From the NCBI GenBank assembly GCA_001599295.1, contig BCGN01000011.1:186001-250000 (forward strand): a stretch of 64,000 bases of DNA, in the 5' to 3' direction. Positions 1-11,567 of the stretch are shown in pieces. Below the pieces are notes generated by a model that was not told the DNA's origin, searched no databases, and was given only the letters and a program-made list of their open reading frames with translations. How positions within the stretch are numbered: position 1 is the first letter of the stretch; every line of letters begins with the position of its first letter. The stretch comes from Sporopachydermia quercuum (Eukaryota). The translations under genes were made by a program, and so were the position numbers.

Positions 1-342
1 ATATAAGTGCATATAATGGCATTTGTTTACATTCCTGTTAAGTACATTCCCAATATTCATTCGAAAGTATAAGTAGAATCAAATATTCTATCACGACTTA
101 TCTTGGGAGAATGTACTGGAGCATTGTTTACCTTAACTTACACTCACTGGTTTGAATCTTGAAAGTTGATCAGATATAAATACGAACAGAAATCCACATT
201 TTATCATTCGCGATAAGTTCTTCTAATATAATTATATCTTCTTTATTTTCTCTCTTTTATCTGTTTTCGATCATCAATCCATTGACATTGAATACATCGA
301 CAAAAAAGATTCACCCTTCCTTAAATATACAAATCAACAACA

Positions 343-756
343 ATGGCACCTAAAGCTGAAAAGAAGCCCGCCTCCAAGGCCCCTGCTGAAAAGAAACCTA
401 CAACTGCTGGTAAGAAGACAACTTCTTCTGCTATCTCTGGTGACAAGAAGAAGAGAACCAAGGCTAGAAAGGAAACTTACTCTTCTTATATCTACAAGGT
501 CTTGAAGCAAACTCACCCTGATACAGGTATCTCTACTAAGGCTATGTCTATCATGAACTCTTTCGTTAACGATATCTTCGAAAGAGTTGCTACTGAAGCC
601 TCCAAGTTGGCGGTCTATAACAAGAAGTCCACTATTTCTGCCAGAGAAATCCAAACTGCTGTTAGATTGATCCTTCCTGGTGAATTGGCCAAGCACGCCG
701 TCTCTGAAGGTACTAGAGCTGTTACTAAATACTCTACTGAAAAGAAGAAGGCATAA
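343..756 (+). CDS. HTB1: Histone H2B with an atypical Lys-rich C-terminus
   Basis: Core [21 protein letters not shown]...[29 protein letters not shown] is fungal H2B; ends YSTEKKKA. Confidence 0.97.
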   Translation: MAPKAEKKPASKAPAEKKPTTAGKKTTSSAISGDKKKRTKARKETYSSYIYKVLKQTHPDTGISTKAMSIMNSFVNDIFERVATEASKLAVYNKKSTISAREIQTAVRLILPGELAKHAVSEGTRAVTKYSTEKKKA

Positions 757-965
757 ACTTAGTAATGATTCATTCATTCATCCTTAACGTTCATAAATAG
801 TCATTTATATCCTTTATCATATTATATCATTCACGGGTGAATTGTTGGTTTTTTTGAGTTGGGCTTGATTTCTATTATCGAATATATAACAATGTGTACA
901 CTATTAGCTTAATGAATTGGTTTTAAAACCTTTATTCGTATTATATTACTATCTATCGTAGGTAA

Positions 966-2549
966 TTAACTTTTTTCTATGTAATCTAGTAAAACTCTTC
1001 CAGCGTCCTCTCTCATTCTCAAAAACAATCCGTTTCCTTTGATGAAATGGTCATGTAATAAATCCTCAGACCGGACGTCACCTAGGTTTAGTATACAAAG
1101 ATCATGTTCGTTTGTAGGCACCGCTTCATCCATCTCCAAGAGTTTCTTTACTAATCCATAGGAAGAATACGTAGCTAAAGATGTTCCCATAACTAATACT
1201 TTAATCACATCATAGTTAGCAGACATACTTATAATACTCTGTAAACGGAGCTTGGTCTCGATTGGAATCTGTTCACCAAAAAATACAACCAGAGGTTTCA
1301 AAATTCCTGCCTCTGTTTTCAGCAAATGCTTGTCTTGTATGAACCACTCCTTGTTGTCATACATCACCTTCATACCATTTTCATGCCCTTGACTTTTTAT
1401 AATCTTTGTCTTAATCAAATCTGACAAAAGTAAAGAAGGATTCTCTTCCAATCGATCAACAATGTCTGAAAACAATTCGTTTTGTATTATTTCCAATACT
1501 CTTGGCTGCCTCGTATAATGGGTGTAGCACATCTTTCCCTTTCTCCAAGCACCATTTTCATCTACGTCGACTATTTTGGCTTCATGACACTTTGAACACG
1601 GAGGATACTTGAAACTGGAATAACTAGGTAAACTGATTTTACCTTCATGACATCTTGAACTCTGTAGAGTGTCTAAAGTCTGTTGAAAACTCAACAATGT
1701 TGAAGGATCAACGTCTCCATCAGGGTTAATTCGCAACTTACTTCTATTTTTCAACTCTTTTGCTAATTCAATATCTAAATCATACTTCATATCTTTTACA
1801 AGATTGGGTTTCTGATACAGATCACAAAACTTTTCATCACTGAATAAGAACTCATTGGGTTCTTGAAGATCTTTATCTTGCTCCGTTGTTGAAACGGGAC
1901 CTGAAGTTTTCTTTTTTGAAATGCTTCCTATCACTTCTAGCAAATCATTCCATCCTATAGCACCATCATGCTCTTTATTCAGTTTTATTAACGACTCCTG
2001 TATCTTTCCTCTATCTTCGATATTCCCACAAGTAAGACACTCCACCTCTCCTAAGTTTCCATGCATATTGATAACATCAGTAGATCCATGTAACATATCA
2101 ACGTTCTGGGTAATAACGATATCCACAAGTTTCATCTCTTTTAACCTATTCACACCTGCTTGAACCCTACCAGACTTTAGTTGGCTTAAATCCTCGTTCT
2201 GTACTTTTTTCATCATTTCTTTGGCTGATTCTATACTATTCCAGCCCAGAAATCCTCTCGCCCAGTATCTTTTCCTTTTTTCTCCATCTCCAACAAACTC
2301 ATGATAGAAAATAGGCCGGTAATCCTTATGAATTGTATATGTTCCTTTGGGTCCTCTATAATCAGGTATTCCAGAATCAGTTGATACACCTGCACCTGTC
2401 AAAACTATCGTCAGTACTTTCCGTTGTGAATCTTTCCTTAAGAACTCTCTTAAACCTACGATTTCGTTTTCAAACAAGTTAGGAGGATATGAATATAATC
2501 TACTAGTGTTTCTAGGAATAGCAATATCAAAAGGAATTTTCAACTTCAT
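966..2549 (-). CDS. NAD-dependent sirtuin, class II (SIRT4-like)
   Basis: TGAGVSTDSGIPDYRG, RKRYWAR..LGW, ITQNVD..H, MHG, CxxC...CxxC, NPDGDV, LKP.VVFFGE, GTSLATYS. Confidence 0.9.
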   Translation of the reverse strand: MKLKIPFDIAIPRNTSRLYSYPPNLFENEIVGLREFLRKDSQRKVLTIVLTGAGVSTDSGIPDYRGPKGTYTIHKDYRPIFYHEFVGDGEKRKRYWARGFLGWNSIESAKEMMKKVQNEDLSQLKSGRVQAGVNRLKEMKLVDIVITQNVDMLHGSTDVINMHGNLGEVECLTCGNIEDRGKIQESLIKLNKEHDGAIGWNDLLEVIGSISKKKTSGPVSTTEQDKDLQEPNEFLFSDEKFCDLYQKPNLVKDMKYDLDIELAKELKNRSKLRINPDGDVDPSTLLSFQQTLDTLQSSRCHEGKISLPSYSSFKYPPCSKCHEAKIVDVDENGAWRKGKMCYTHYTRQPRVLEIIQNELFSDIVDRLEENPSLLLSDLIKTKIIKSQGHENGMKVMYDNKEWFIQDKHLLKTEAGILKPLVVFFGEQIPIETKLRLQSIISMSANYDVIKVLVMGTSLATYSSYGLVKKLLEMDEAVPTNEHDLCILNLGDVRSEDLLHDHFIKGNGLFLRMREDAGRVLLDYIEKS

Positions 2550-2799
2550 TTCTTCCTTCCTCCGTTAGCTAATTCATACAAGTGGTCCTCTCCTCTTGAA
2601 GAATCAAGCAATTTTCACTTCGGTTTCTAGTGATTGAGTTCAGTGTTCGATAGCTAAAAAAAAATATTTGACAAAAATTCCGCCATTCGTATCGTCAGAT
2701 TATATTGAATTCGACGTTAAATTGTAATTATGTATATTCATTTCTGTTTTTTAATTACAATTTCCGTCAGAAGTACTCAATAGACCTCGGAACCGAATA

Positions 2800-3270
2800 A
2801 TGGGGAGAGTAAGTAGCCAACTGTTAGCGTACAACTTTAGGGAAATTTCTAACTATTCAAAGAAATTTTGATATCAACAAAATGTGATCAATAATATCGA
2901 TAAAACACAAAAAATATAACAAAAAAAAGAGGATTGCGTAAGTATCCTGTTCTCTTCCATGGGATGCTGTCACCATGAAGTGTTTAAAATGTTCGTGCTA
3001 ACCACGAACAGCTTGCTTACCTATTAAAGTTTGCTGAATATGAGACATAGACTATAGAACATTTCGAACAGTAGATTACCTAGGTACTACGCTTTTAGAA
3101 TATCCATTATCTTGAAGAGTTGATTTCGGATGGAAAAACATTCTGAGATTTTTTTTTATTGCCAGATGTTTCCTGACTGTTTCGTACATCAGCGCGTGAC
3201 ATTGATGTAAATGAAGTGAAGTATAGAATATGGAACCAGTGCTACATCAAGAGTTCTGAACTACTATAAT
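2800..3270 (+). other. Candidate spliced non-coding transcript or intron-containing pseudogene
   Basis: Two canonical-looking introns: 2809-2862 (GTAAGT..TCTAAC..AAG) and 2938-3011 (GTAAGT..GCTAAC..CAG); the 75-nt middle exon has stops in all frames. Confidence 0.45.
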
Positions 3271-3360
3271 TCGTAGAATAAAGAACTTAATTTTTTGTAC
3301 ATTTAGTGATACTATATCGAGTTTGGTTTTATTTACAAGACATTGAGATTTATAAGTTCT

Positions 3361-5508
3361 TTATGTCTGAGAGGTGTCTTCTATTTTATAGTCAACATCC
3401 ACAGAATTTGATTTTGGAAGATCAGTAGCAAGAATTCTACTTTTTTCTCTCGATTTTATCTCCTTCTTTCTCATAATAGCCTCTTGGANTTTTAGCTCTC
3501 TTAGTTTCCTCCGCTCACCAAAACTTGGAAGTGAGGGTCGATCGTTCAATCTTACGTTGGAATCCAGTCTTCTCTCATTTTCTTCCTCAGGTTTCACATC
3601 TGAAAGATTGATGTTGTCTGTCAAAACTTTGTGTAATGCGAGCCCATTCCATTTTAACTTGTCTTNGTCTATTTGATCCATATGACTAGAAGCATCGACA
3701 TCTATACGATAGGCCGGCGAATATAAAGGATCTAGGTAATTGGCAAGATGAAGTTCATTTAGTGTTCCATCCGAGTTCATTGACTTCCTGGCAGGAAACA
3801 TAAATTGAGTTAATGGTTTTCGGACAATTACTTTCAATCCCTTAGGATACCAAACTTCAAACAGTTGATCCGTTGATTTTTTACCAGTAGGTGTGATTGT
3901 TACTGTTCCTAAATCTTGCACCACTAGATCAATTGTTCCAGCGAATGGCGAAATAATGTGTCTCTCTAGTAGTGATACGGCCTTCGGTAGGGTTTCAAAA
4001 TTTGGGACTTCTATCTTTTCATCAGGACTTGGATCTACACCCTTTTTGACTTTCAGTTTTCCAGCTACCGCACGAGCTCTTCTAAGACTAGGATATACTT
4101 TCACAGGTGTATTGATAGTTTTTCTGATTTGCACAACAGAAGCTTCAGGGACGGTTATATAGAGTAGACCCCCTAATACTGCACAGCTTGGACCAGTCAA
4201 AGAAGTATATGGAGAAGGTTTTATACCAGCATCAAGCATGGATTTTGTGGCAATAATTCTCTCTTTGAACTCAGCTGATATGAAAGATAAAGAGTTTGTT
4301 TCGTCACCAAACCCCGGAGTATCAATTATCTTTTGTCTTTTCGATGTCTTAAAAGATCTGAATGCTCTTGTAAATCCTGGAAAAGGTGACACAGAGAGAG
4401 CCTCAGAATTATTTTTCTTCTTGGGCTTCCACTTTTTCGGTATGTCACCACCTTGTTTATCCATTTCAAGAATATCGGCTACGAGCTGTGATTTTCCAGA
4501 ATTTTCAGCCCCAATAAAGTATGTCTTCTTTTTGAGTTTGGATAATAAGAATCTCAGATATTCTGGATTCTTACAGGAAACCAAAGCAATTTGAGGATTA
4601 CTTATGTTTAGTAATTTATTTATAGTCTTAGAAACATATTCATGTAACCATTCCACAGACGATTTAGGTGTTTGCTTCAAAAGATCAGTCTTTGAAATTG
4701 CAAAAACAATATTCAAATCTGGTCTATCTCGGAGAAGTCTAGTATCGATTCCAAGAGGGAAATCAGCCCCACTAACAACATACACCACGTTTGAACCTTC
4801 GGGAATTCTATCGAAAATCTCTTTGAAACTTCGAGGCTTCTTGAAGGAATAGATTGCTTGACTTTTGGCAAATGCACATCTCACACATACAACTTTCCCT
4901 CGTCGATCAATTTCCTCTTCCACTCTTCTGACAGCTTCCTTTTCCTGTGGGGTGAGTTGCTTCAATCCACCTTCCTTTATCTCACTTTGATAATCTGTCA
5001 ACCTTTTTGAATGGCTGTCTGTTTTCTCAGATGCTTGGGTAACCTTAGTTCTCCTGACTGTTTCNCTTTGGTTCATGCTTTCTGTTAACAAAAACTGTCT
5101 ATCCTCTTCTTCTAGTAACAGTAGCGCTTGTGTATATGTCACATCTCCCGATCTCAACCTTTTCATGCCAGATTTTGGAATCACCGAGTATCCTTCTTTG
5201 GCTTTACTGTGATATTGAACACCTATGCCACATTCTGCACATCTTCTACCCTTAGACAACTCTAGCAATACTGGCTCTGTCCATTTATTCTGATTGTCCA
5301 TTGAAGAGTTTACAGCATCTTGCCAGCTTTCTGATGATACATTCCTTCTAGTGACCAACCCATTGTTAAACTGGTTAACTCTATTATAACTTTGCTTCGC
5401 AGTGCAGCCAGTACGATTTCCAACGCTCAAATGAAACCACCTATATGGGATTATTGGCTGCCTTCTGAACTTTTCATTTGATCTTGGAAGAATTCTAAGT
5501 CTGTTCAT
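3361..5508 (-). CDS. GEP3: Mitochondrial circularly permuted GTPase (YqeH/NOA1 family), small-subunit mitoribosome assembly
   Basis: Arg-rich presequence, CAEC...CVRC Zn motif, G4 SKTD before G1 GAENSGKS, G2 PGFT, G3 DTPG. Confidence 0.85.
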   Translation of the reverse strand: MNRLRILPRSNEKFRRQPIIPYRWFHLSVGNRTGCTAKQSYNRVNQFNNGLVTRRNVSSESWQDAVNSSMDNQNKWTEPVLLELSKGRRCAECGIGVQYHSKAKEGYSVIPKSGMKRLRSGDVTYTQALLLLEEEDRQFLLTESMNQXETVRRTKVTQASEKTDSHSKRLTDYQSEIKEGGLKQLTPQEKEAVRRVEEEIDRRGKVVCVRCAFAKSQAIYSFKKPRSFKEIFDRIPEGSNVVYVVSGADFPLGIDTRLLRDRPDLNIVFAISKTDLLKQTPKSSVEWLHEYVSKTINKLLNISNPQIALVSCKNPEYLRFLLSKLKKKTYFIGAENSGKSQLVADILEMDKQGGDIPKKWKPKKKNNSEALSVSPFPGFTRAFRSFKTSKRQKIIDTPGFGDETNSLSFISAEFKERIIATKSMLDAGIKPSPYTSLTGPSCAVLGGLLYITVPEASVVQIRKTINTPVKVYPSLRRARAVAGKLKVKKGVDPSPDEKIEVPNFETLPKAVSLLERHIISPFAGTIDLVVQDLGTVTITPTGKKSTDQLFEVWYPKGLKVIVRKPLTQFMFPARKSMNSDGTLNELHLANYLDPLYSPAYRIDVDASSHMDQIDXDKLKWNGLALHKVLTDNINLSDVKPEEENERRLDSNVRLNDRPSLPSFGERRKLRELKXQEAIMRKKEIKSREKSRILATDLPKSNSVDVDYKIEDTSQT

Positions 5509-6809
5509 NTTTCCTTTNACAATTTCTCATCAATGCATTGTTTACAGACTCCAATCAAACAATATTCAAATTAAGGAACATACGCTGAATATATTCAATG
5601 GTGCACTGGTTGCTTTTTGTGGTTTAGCTTTTGGCCTTCATACCATAAATGAGTCAACGTTATGTTATAGCATGGGATGAGAAAACTTTCAAGCGATGTC
5701 AGAATTTTATTTTCATTTTTACTTTCATAGGCATGGGCAATTTCTAATATGTATGTAAGAAGAAAAAAGAAAAAAATTCGCGTGATGATTTAACCTATAT
5801 AAGTATGATTTAATCATTGTTGCACACAGTTCGGCACAATTAATACCACAAAGTAAATAGAACCAGCTGTATACTTTCTAAAATATCCCGTATTTTGCAT
5901 ACAAAGCCTACTCCTACACTAATACACCTAAGACATTACAAATAGGACTACTGTTAAGTTATTCCACTATATAAGATATATACAATCGGAAATAAAACCA
6001 AAANGAAGACAGAAAGACAAATACAGATAATAAAATTATATTTTCGATAAGGATGTGTTGTCTGCCGGCCCTTATTCCAAAGGTCAAAGATTCTTAGTAA
6101 TAAAAAGGGGCACTGAGATGACAATTGACTGTTGAGAAAAATCCAAACAGTGCTTCTTCTGACCAAAGACTTGACGCTCGCCAATCTGTAGAGTTGAAAC
6201 GAAGGACAAGCAACACGGTATAGTCTAGGTCGCCGCACGAAGAGGGAAAACTATTCTTAATGAGAACTTCTAAACACTCACTACTAATGTGGAAGAAGAA
6301 AAGAATGGATAACACCTCATCAGCTTTTATACTCAGAAAAATTTTCACGCAGAGTAATCTTTTGCTTGGAATGTTATTTATGGATAACGTAATAATATAT
6401 TGTGTTATGGTTGGTATGTCCTTTCTCATTTCCTTGCCTCATGCTACTACTAATGCAGTTACNGATAAACGCAAATAAATGCACTGTGAACGACTTGATA
6501 TTTGTAAAAACAGTTGATTCCCTTTCTTAGTTTCAATTTAGTTATGGTATGCGGTTATGATTTAATATCTGCATAAAGCACCGTATATTATAGAAACAAT
6601 TGAGGTTGAATATTCTTGGAATGAGAACGACAGGTTAATAAGACATCATTACTAATGTGGAGATACAGATAGTGCATTTGTAGTTGTTTCAGAACTCTAG
6701 ACAAGATTACGGAGAACCTAGGAAGAACAAAACTGACAAGACTGATCATTGAACAAGGAAATCTCAGAGAATTGGGAGAATTTCTGTATGAACAAGAACA
6801 GACTGTATA

Positions 6810-7928
6810 ATGGCAGGACAAGACAGAGAAGAGAACCAAAATATCCTCCCTATAACGTCGGATGATCTAAACACTAGGGGTACTGACACTAGGGGTACTG
6901 ATAATAGATCAAGCATTTCATCATTGGTTGGTTATTTTTCTAGTAGAATAGGACGACCAGCTAATGATGGCGGGAACTTTGGGAACAGGACGAGATTTAA
7001 TACCTCGGATGCAAAAGGNAAAGCACCCGACGACTCATACAAGAGCACTAATCTGGATTCAAAATCACATCCTGGGAACTCAGTCAAATCAAGAGAAATC
7101 AATATAATTCCAGTTGATATAGTTATTAGATTCTCTGATGGAACTATTCCAGATTTGAATCTCAAATGTGATGATGCTAATAAAGTAAACGTTTCATGGT
7201 TAAGAAAGCAGATCAGAACATCTCTTCCCCAACAAACAGAAAGACGAAGACTTCGTTTGATCAACGCTGGAAGAATTATTAACGAATCCACAGATTTTAT
7301 AAGAGACATTCTGAAAGTTAAAAAGTTCAAAGATCACAAACCGGTAGATTCGTTTGGAAGAGAGTCCAGAGATCTGAAATCGAGGGAAGGTAAAAGGCAA
7401 GATTGTGCAACCGAATCATTGTTGGGTAAACAAGCTGATACGCTACTCGAAACAAAAAAAGTGTACATACATTGCATGATTGGAAATGAACTTAGCGACG
7501 ATGAGATAAAGAAAGAAAACGCACTTGACAACAAAACACCAGATAAATCTACACTCCCAGAACCTATTGGATTTGATAGATTGCGACAGGCTGGGTTTTC
7601 TGATCAAGAAATAGCTGATTTGAGAACCCAGTTCAGCTCATTGTACGGTGGAATGGCGAACTCATCAGGTAATGACATGAGACAGCTAGAAGAACGATGG
7701 ATTGAAAGTGGGGTAGGCGAGAACGATGTGTTTGCTAATACAGTGGGTGCATCAGAATTAGGGGGCAACGAGGATCTTTTACTAGGTATCATGATGGGAT
7801 TTTTTTTAGGTATCCTATCTATATTTTTTATAAGAGAGTCATCATTATATTCCCGAAGACAAATAATGGCAATTCTAGCCGGCATTGTGATAAACTTCGC
7901 ATTTGCATTGTTGAGAATATACTACTGA
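6810..7928 (+). CDS. DSC3: DSC E3 ubiquitin ligase complex subunit 3 (UBL + DUF2407, two C-terminal TM helices)
   Basis: IRFSDGTIPDL, RRLRLINAGR, YIHCMIG, GFDRLRQAGFS.QEI..LR.QF, LEERWI, hydrophobic C-terminus. Confidence 0.9.
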   Translation: MAGQDREENQNILPITSDDLNTRGTDTRGTDNRSSISSLVGYFSSRIGRPANDGGNFGNRTRFNTSDAKXKAPDDSYKSTNLDSKSHPGNSVKSREINIIPVDIVIRFSDGTIPDLNLKCDDANKVNVSWLRKQIRTSLPQQTERRRLRLINAGRIINESTDFIRDILKVKKFKDHKPVDSFGRESRDLKSREGKRQDCATESLLGKQADTLLETKKVYIHCMIGNELSDDEIKKENALDNKTPDKSTLPEPIGFDRLRQAGFSDQEIADLRTQFSSLYGGMANSSGNDMRQLEERWIESGVGENDVFANTVGASELGGNEDLLLGIMMGFFLGILSIFFIRESSLYSRRQIMAILAGIVINFAFALLRIYY

Positions 7929-8145
7929 ATCAAAAGAACTTATGTATCATATAGGTAGAGGACATGATGAATTTCATATGGCTCACTTCCGCAATCTGGA
8001 TTGCAACTGGGAAATCTTTCTAGTTTTACGATAGTTCTGTATGATACGCATTTATGACCAATTANTAATACTATATAATCTACTGTTTATCTTGAACAAA
8101 AATTCAATATATACTTCTACAGATGCAAGCAACAGTGCAAAAATC

Positions 8146-8837
8146 TCAATCAACATGTGGTTTCTGAGATTCAGCATAAAATTCCCTCCCTTTCTCAAAC
8201 AAATACTCTATAGCCTTTTCAACTGGTTCATCAAACAAATAAGGCAGAGCGGGGACAATTGCTAAACCGACTCCAACAGGTCCCCAGGTTCTCAAGAATG
8301 GACTTTTTAACCCACTCATATACTTTGATGACACCTTCACTGAAGTATGAATAGTAAGAGCCGGAAGTCCCATGGAAGCAATACTCTGGAACAGCCCTCT
8401 TTCTAAGGCAACCAATCTCCAGTCAGGTGCTTTCGAGCCTTCCTCAATGGATTCTTTCGTTGCTACAGGTATACTATGCCATGGAAGAATACCAGAAGTA
8501 TACCTACCCTGTTGCCTTAAGCGCGCCTTGACATATAGTTAGCGAACAAATATTCATTGTAAATCAGAATGTACGCAAATTATCAACTCACCCTCCAAGC
8601 TTGTAATCCCACATCGCCAAGGATATAAGACCAACTAATACCATAACAAGCTGTCACAATGGGTTTTGGAACAACAGGACGAAATGATTCGCCTATATCT
8701 GATGTGTAAGCTACATATCTAGCTGATGCTAAGAGAATAGGCCTCAATCTTGTAGCATATGCTGCATATCGAAGATTTGATTCAGTCGAGTCTTCACCTG
8801 GTGGCGCAATTGTTTTTTCAACTACTTCAGCCGTCAT
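8146..8837 (-). CDS. Mitochondrial fission process protein 1 (MTP18/MTFP1-like); exons 8837-8592 and 8526-8146
   Basis: RYAAYATR, RYVAYTSDIGESFRPV, YGISWSYI.GDV, FQSIASMGLPALTIH, LPYLFDEPVE; 65-nt intron GTGAGT..GCTAAC..AAG joins two ORF-track fragments in frame. Confidence 0.9.
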
Positions 8838-10380
8838 TTCACTGCAATTATTTACAGTTCTGGTTGCCGTTTTTTATTCTTCTTATTCTTCTTTTTAGAA
8901 TTCTAGTTTTATTATTCATCAATGGTATTAATTGTGTGATACACTGACAGCTNAAGATGCTTGGATAACCATACTGAAATTTAACAATTAGATAGTGGTA
9001 AGTACATCCATCGACTTTCATTTTGCCTTCCAAGCTCCAGGACCATAGGTTGTGACATAATTCGATTCTCCACAAATCATCAACATGCAAAAACTTTAAA
9101 TGAAAGCTTTAAAGATTACATAATCATATATTTCCTTATCTGTTCCCTTCTTGCGGCTGAACGAAACTCGACAAAGCTAGCCTGGCCATTAGATCAGATC
9201 AAACAACCGTATGCTGAAAGCTGATGGTGAAAACATTAGAGACAAAGCTGTTAAGGAGTGAAAGGACCCGTCATTGATTATATTTTTGATTGTAAATCAG
9301 AAGCCGAAAAGAATAAAAAAGAAAAAAGAATCCGCTCTAGATGGTTAGCACAGTTTTTTGTTTTTTGGTTGGAATCCTGATAGTATGTCAATTACAACAG
9401 CACAGATGCTTTTCTCTCATTTGCTACNTTTCTTATAGAAATTATGAAGAAATGTATATCCTTTTCAACGTATTTGTCTATTTATGCATTCTACATTCAA
9501 TCAGATGGTAAGAAAAAAAGATACTATTAAGTATTCAAATAAATTCATCGTGATTAGAGGTAAGAAAGAGGTGGTAAGTAAATAAACACTCTCGAATATA
9601 TTGAGGGAGAGTAAGTTAACTATTTATCTTAGTGTCAACTAACGCTCTGGGTATGAGCTCTTTCGAACTTTCACTTGGAACAATATAATTTTATAATTCT
9701 TCAGATGAATCACTTCTGTTTTATNGTTCATTTTATGCCGGTACAAAATGATTGAACTAAGGTGAAAATTGGCCGCAATTTCTCTTTGGACAAACAAAAT
9801 TGACAGAGGAGCTCTTGGATTTATAATTATCTGGAAACTGCAGTATACGCAAAAAGAAAGAATTAATGTTTCTCATAGTATTTTGTTTATAAAATCCCTC
9901 TCATTGAATTTCCACGGACAATTACATTTCTTTCACTTTAGTCTCTGCAAAACAAATAAGCAATTGCCCATTCAAATAAATATGAAATTGATGCAATTTT
10001 TGTTCACCAAAGTCAACTAGACTTGAAAAACGAACGCCCATACTACCATACTCCGGAAGTAACCTTCTTCAGAAGCATGAAAATATAGTTTTTCAGCTAT
10101 TGTTGCAGATGTCAGTAGTTCTTATAAGGGTTGCTTTGCAGTTAATTCATAGTTGTTAACCTAGTAAGACTTCTCATAATCACAACACTAAGCAGTTATT
10201 ATGATTGGCTATTATTATGAAATAACAAAGATATCTAACTCAATAGCTATATGAATTCAGAATAACTAGGAGTTAAGTCTGAAGGTGAATAAAGATGAAA
10301 AAAAGATATACGAAACAAGTAATTAATACACAATCCTAGCAAGAGAAAAATATTGTGAAAGAAAATAGAAAAAATTTAAA

Positions 10381-11230
10381 TCAAGAACTGTCATCCCTCT
10401 TTTGCACTTGTATCACACTATTCTGGGAATCCTTCCGTTTGAATGTCTTCAATTGACTTTTCAGTCGTCTAATCTGCTGTTTTAACTCAAAAAGATCTTT
10501 GTCATATCCACATAAATGAATCTTCCTTTTCTCCATAATAGCTACCTTCTTCTCTCATTCGTGTCAATATTGTGCAACGTTATATTCCTACCGATATCGA
10601 GTATGCTCAGAGATGAAATGATGCTCGTTGTAAATTCAATGTTCTTTGACCCTTGCAGATAGGCTGGATTTCTTCAGATGATGCTATGCTGTCTTACTGT
10701 CTCAAATTTTTAGGTCGACTCACCGAAATCATTGTGCTTTCTTATGGATGTCCTGATTTTGAGCCTGACTGTTGGTGTCAGTAGTTCCAAAGCTGGAGCG
10801 GCTGAGTGTGTTTGTAAAACTGGATTCCAGGTTTTGATTCACCACGATAGATACATGGGCTGCTTGTCAAATGTGTTAATGATGAAGTAATTGAACTTAT
10901 TGGATTTTGCTGCTCGATACTGTCGTTGCTGGAAGGTCTATGGTGACAATAGGTGCATCAAAGAAGAATAATAGGAACCGGATATAATAACGTAGATACT
11001 TGATAGCCAAGACACAGGTTTCTGCGGTCCGCCTGCTACTTATCTTCAGAACTTCTGAGACAGTGATAACCTGCTGCTACCAGCTTCAGGGCTCTGGAAA
11101 GCCTGCGTAGACGACTGTTAGCAAACAACAGTTTGCCTGATCAACAAGCCGATAACAACCCTTCCTGAATTGTAGATCACCTTGTTACTAATGACCACTA
11201 TGGAGACGTGGAGCTTGCATTGAAAATCAT
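10381..11230 (-). pseudogene. Decayed bZIP transcription factor gene (tentative)
   Basis: Terminal open frame 10536-10381 has heptad spacing M-x6-L-x6-L-x6-I-x6-L, preceded by a broken basic region NVAQY*HE*EKK and S/T/Q-rich fragments with stops and frameshifts. Confidence 0.45.
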
Positions 11231-11532
11231 CTTATCTATAATAATCGAATATTGATGGTGTGTACATTGGAAATAAAGTTCAAAGTTGACAATCGAAGTG
11301 AAAACTTTGAACTAAGCATTTTTATAAGTAATTTCCCATAATGACGATGTAAAACTGAAAAACATCATACGGACTTTAGATTTAACCTAACGCTACATCC
11401 TATTTCTTTTTACAAATTGATCCCCCCTTGGTCATGTTTAAGTTAAGACCTCTCAAATTTTTAATCAATTAGTTCAACCTATATATTATTTCAACAATAA
11501 TCATGTCGACATTAAATTTCTGCATCATAATA

Positions 11533-11567
11533 GATGGAGCACTGTCGATGGAGCACTGTCGATGGAG
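11533..11567 (+). repeat. 14-bp tandem duplication GATGGAGCACTGTC x2.5
   Basis: Read directly. Confidence 0.9.

Noticed and set aside
334..777. Antisense ORFs over H2B, and similarly over PRB1, DRS1, ELP2, ILV3 and others
   Set aside because: Shadow frames of real genes caused by codon bias; no independent coding features
5954..6809. Short ORFs and a 45-nt intron-like segment (6414-6458, GTATGT..TACTAAT..CAG) between GEP3 and DSC3
   Set aside because: I could not build a coherent spliced ORF or recognise a domain; unresolved rather than disproved
11277..11313. 11-bp inverted repeat AGTTCAAAGTT/AACTTTGAACT
   Set aside because: Isolated and AT-rich; no element boundaries or second copy
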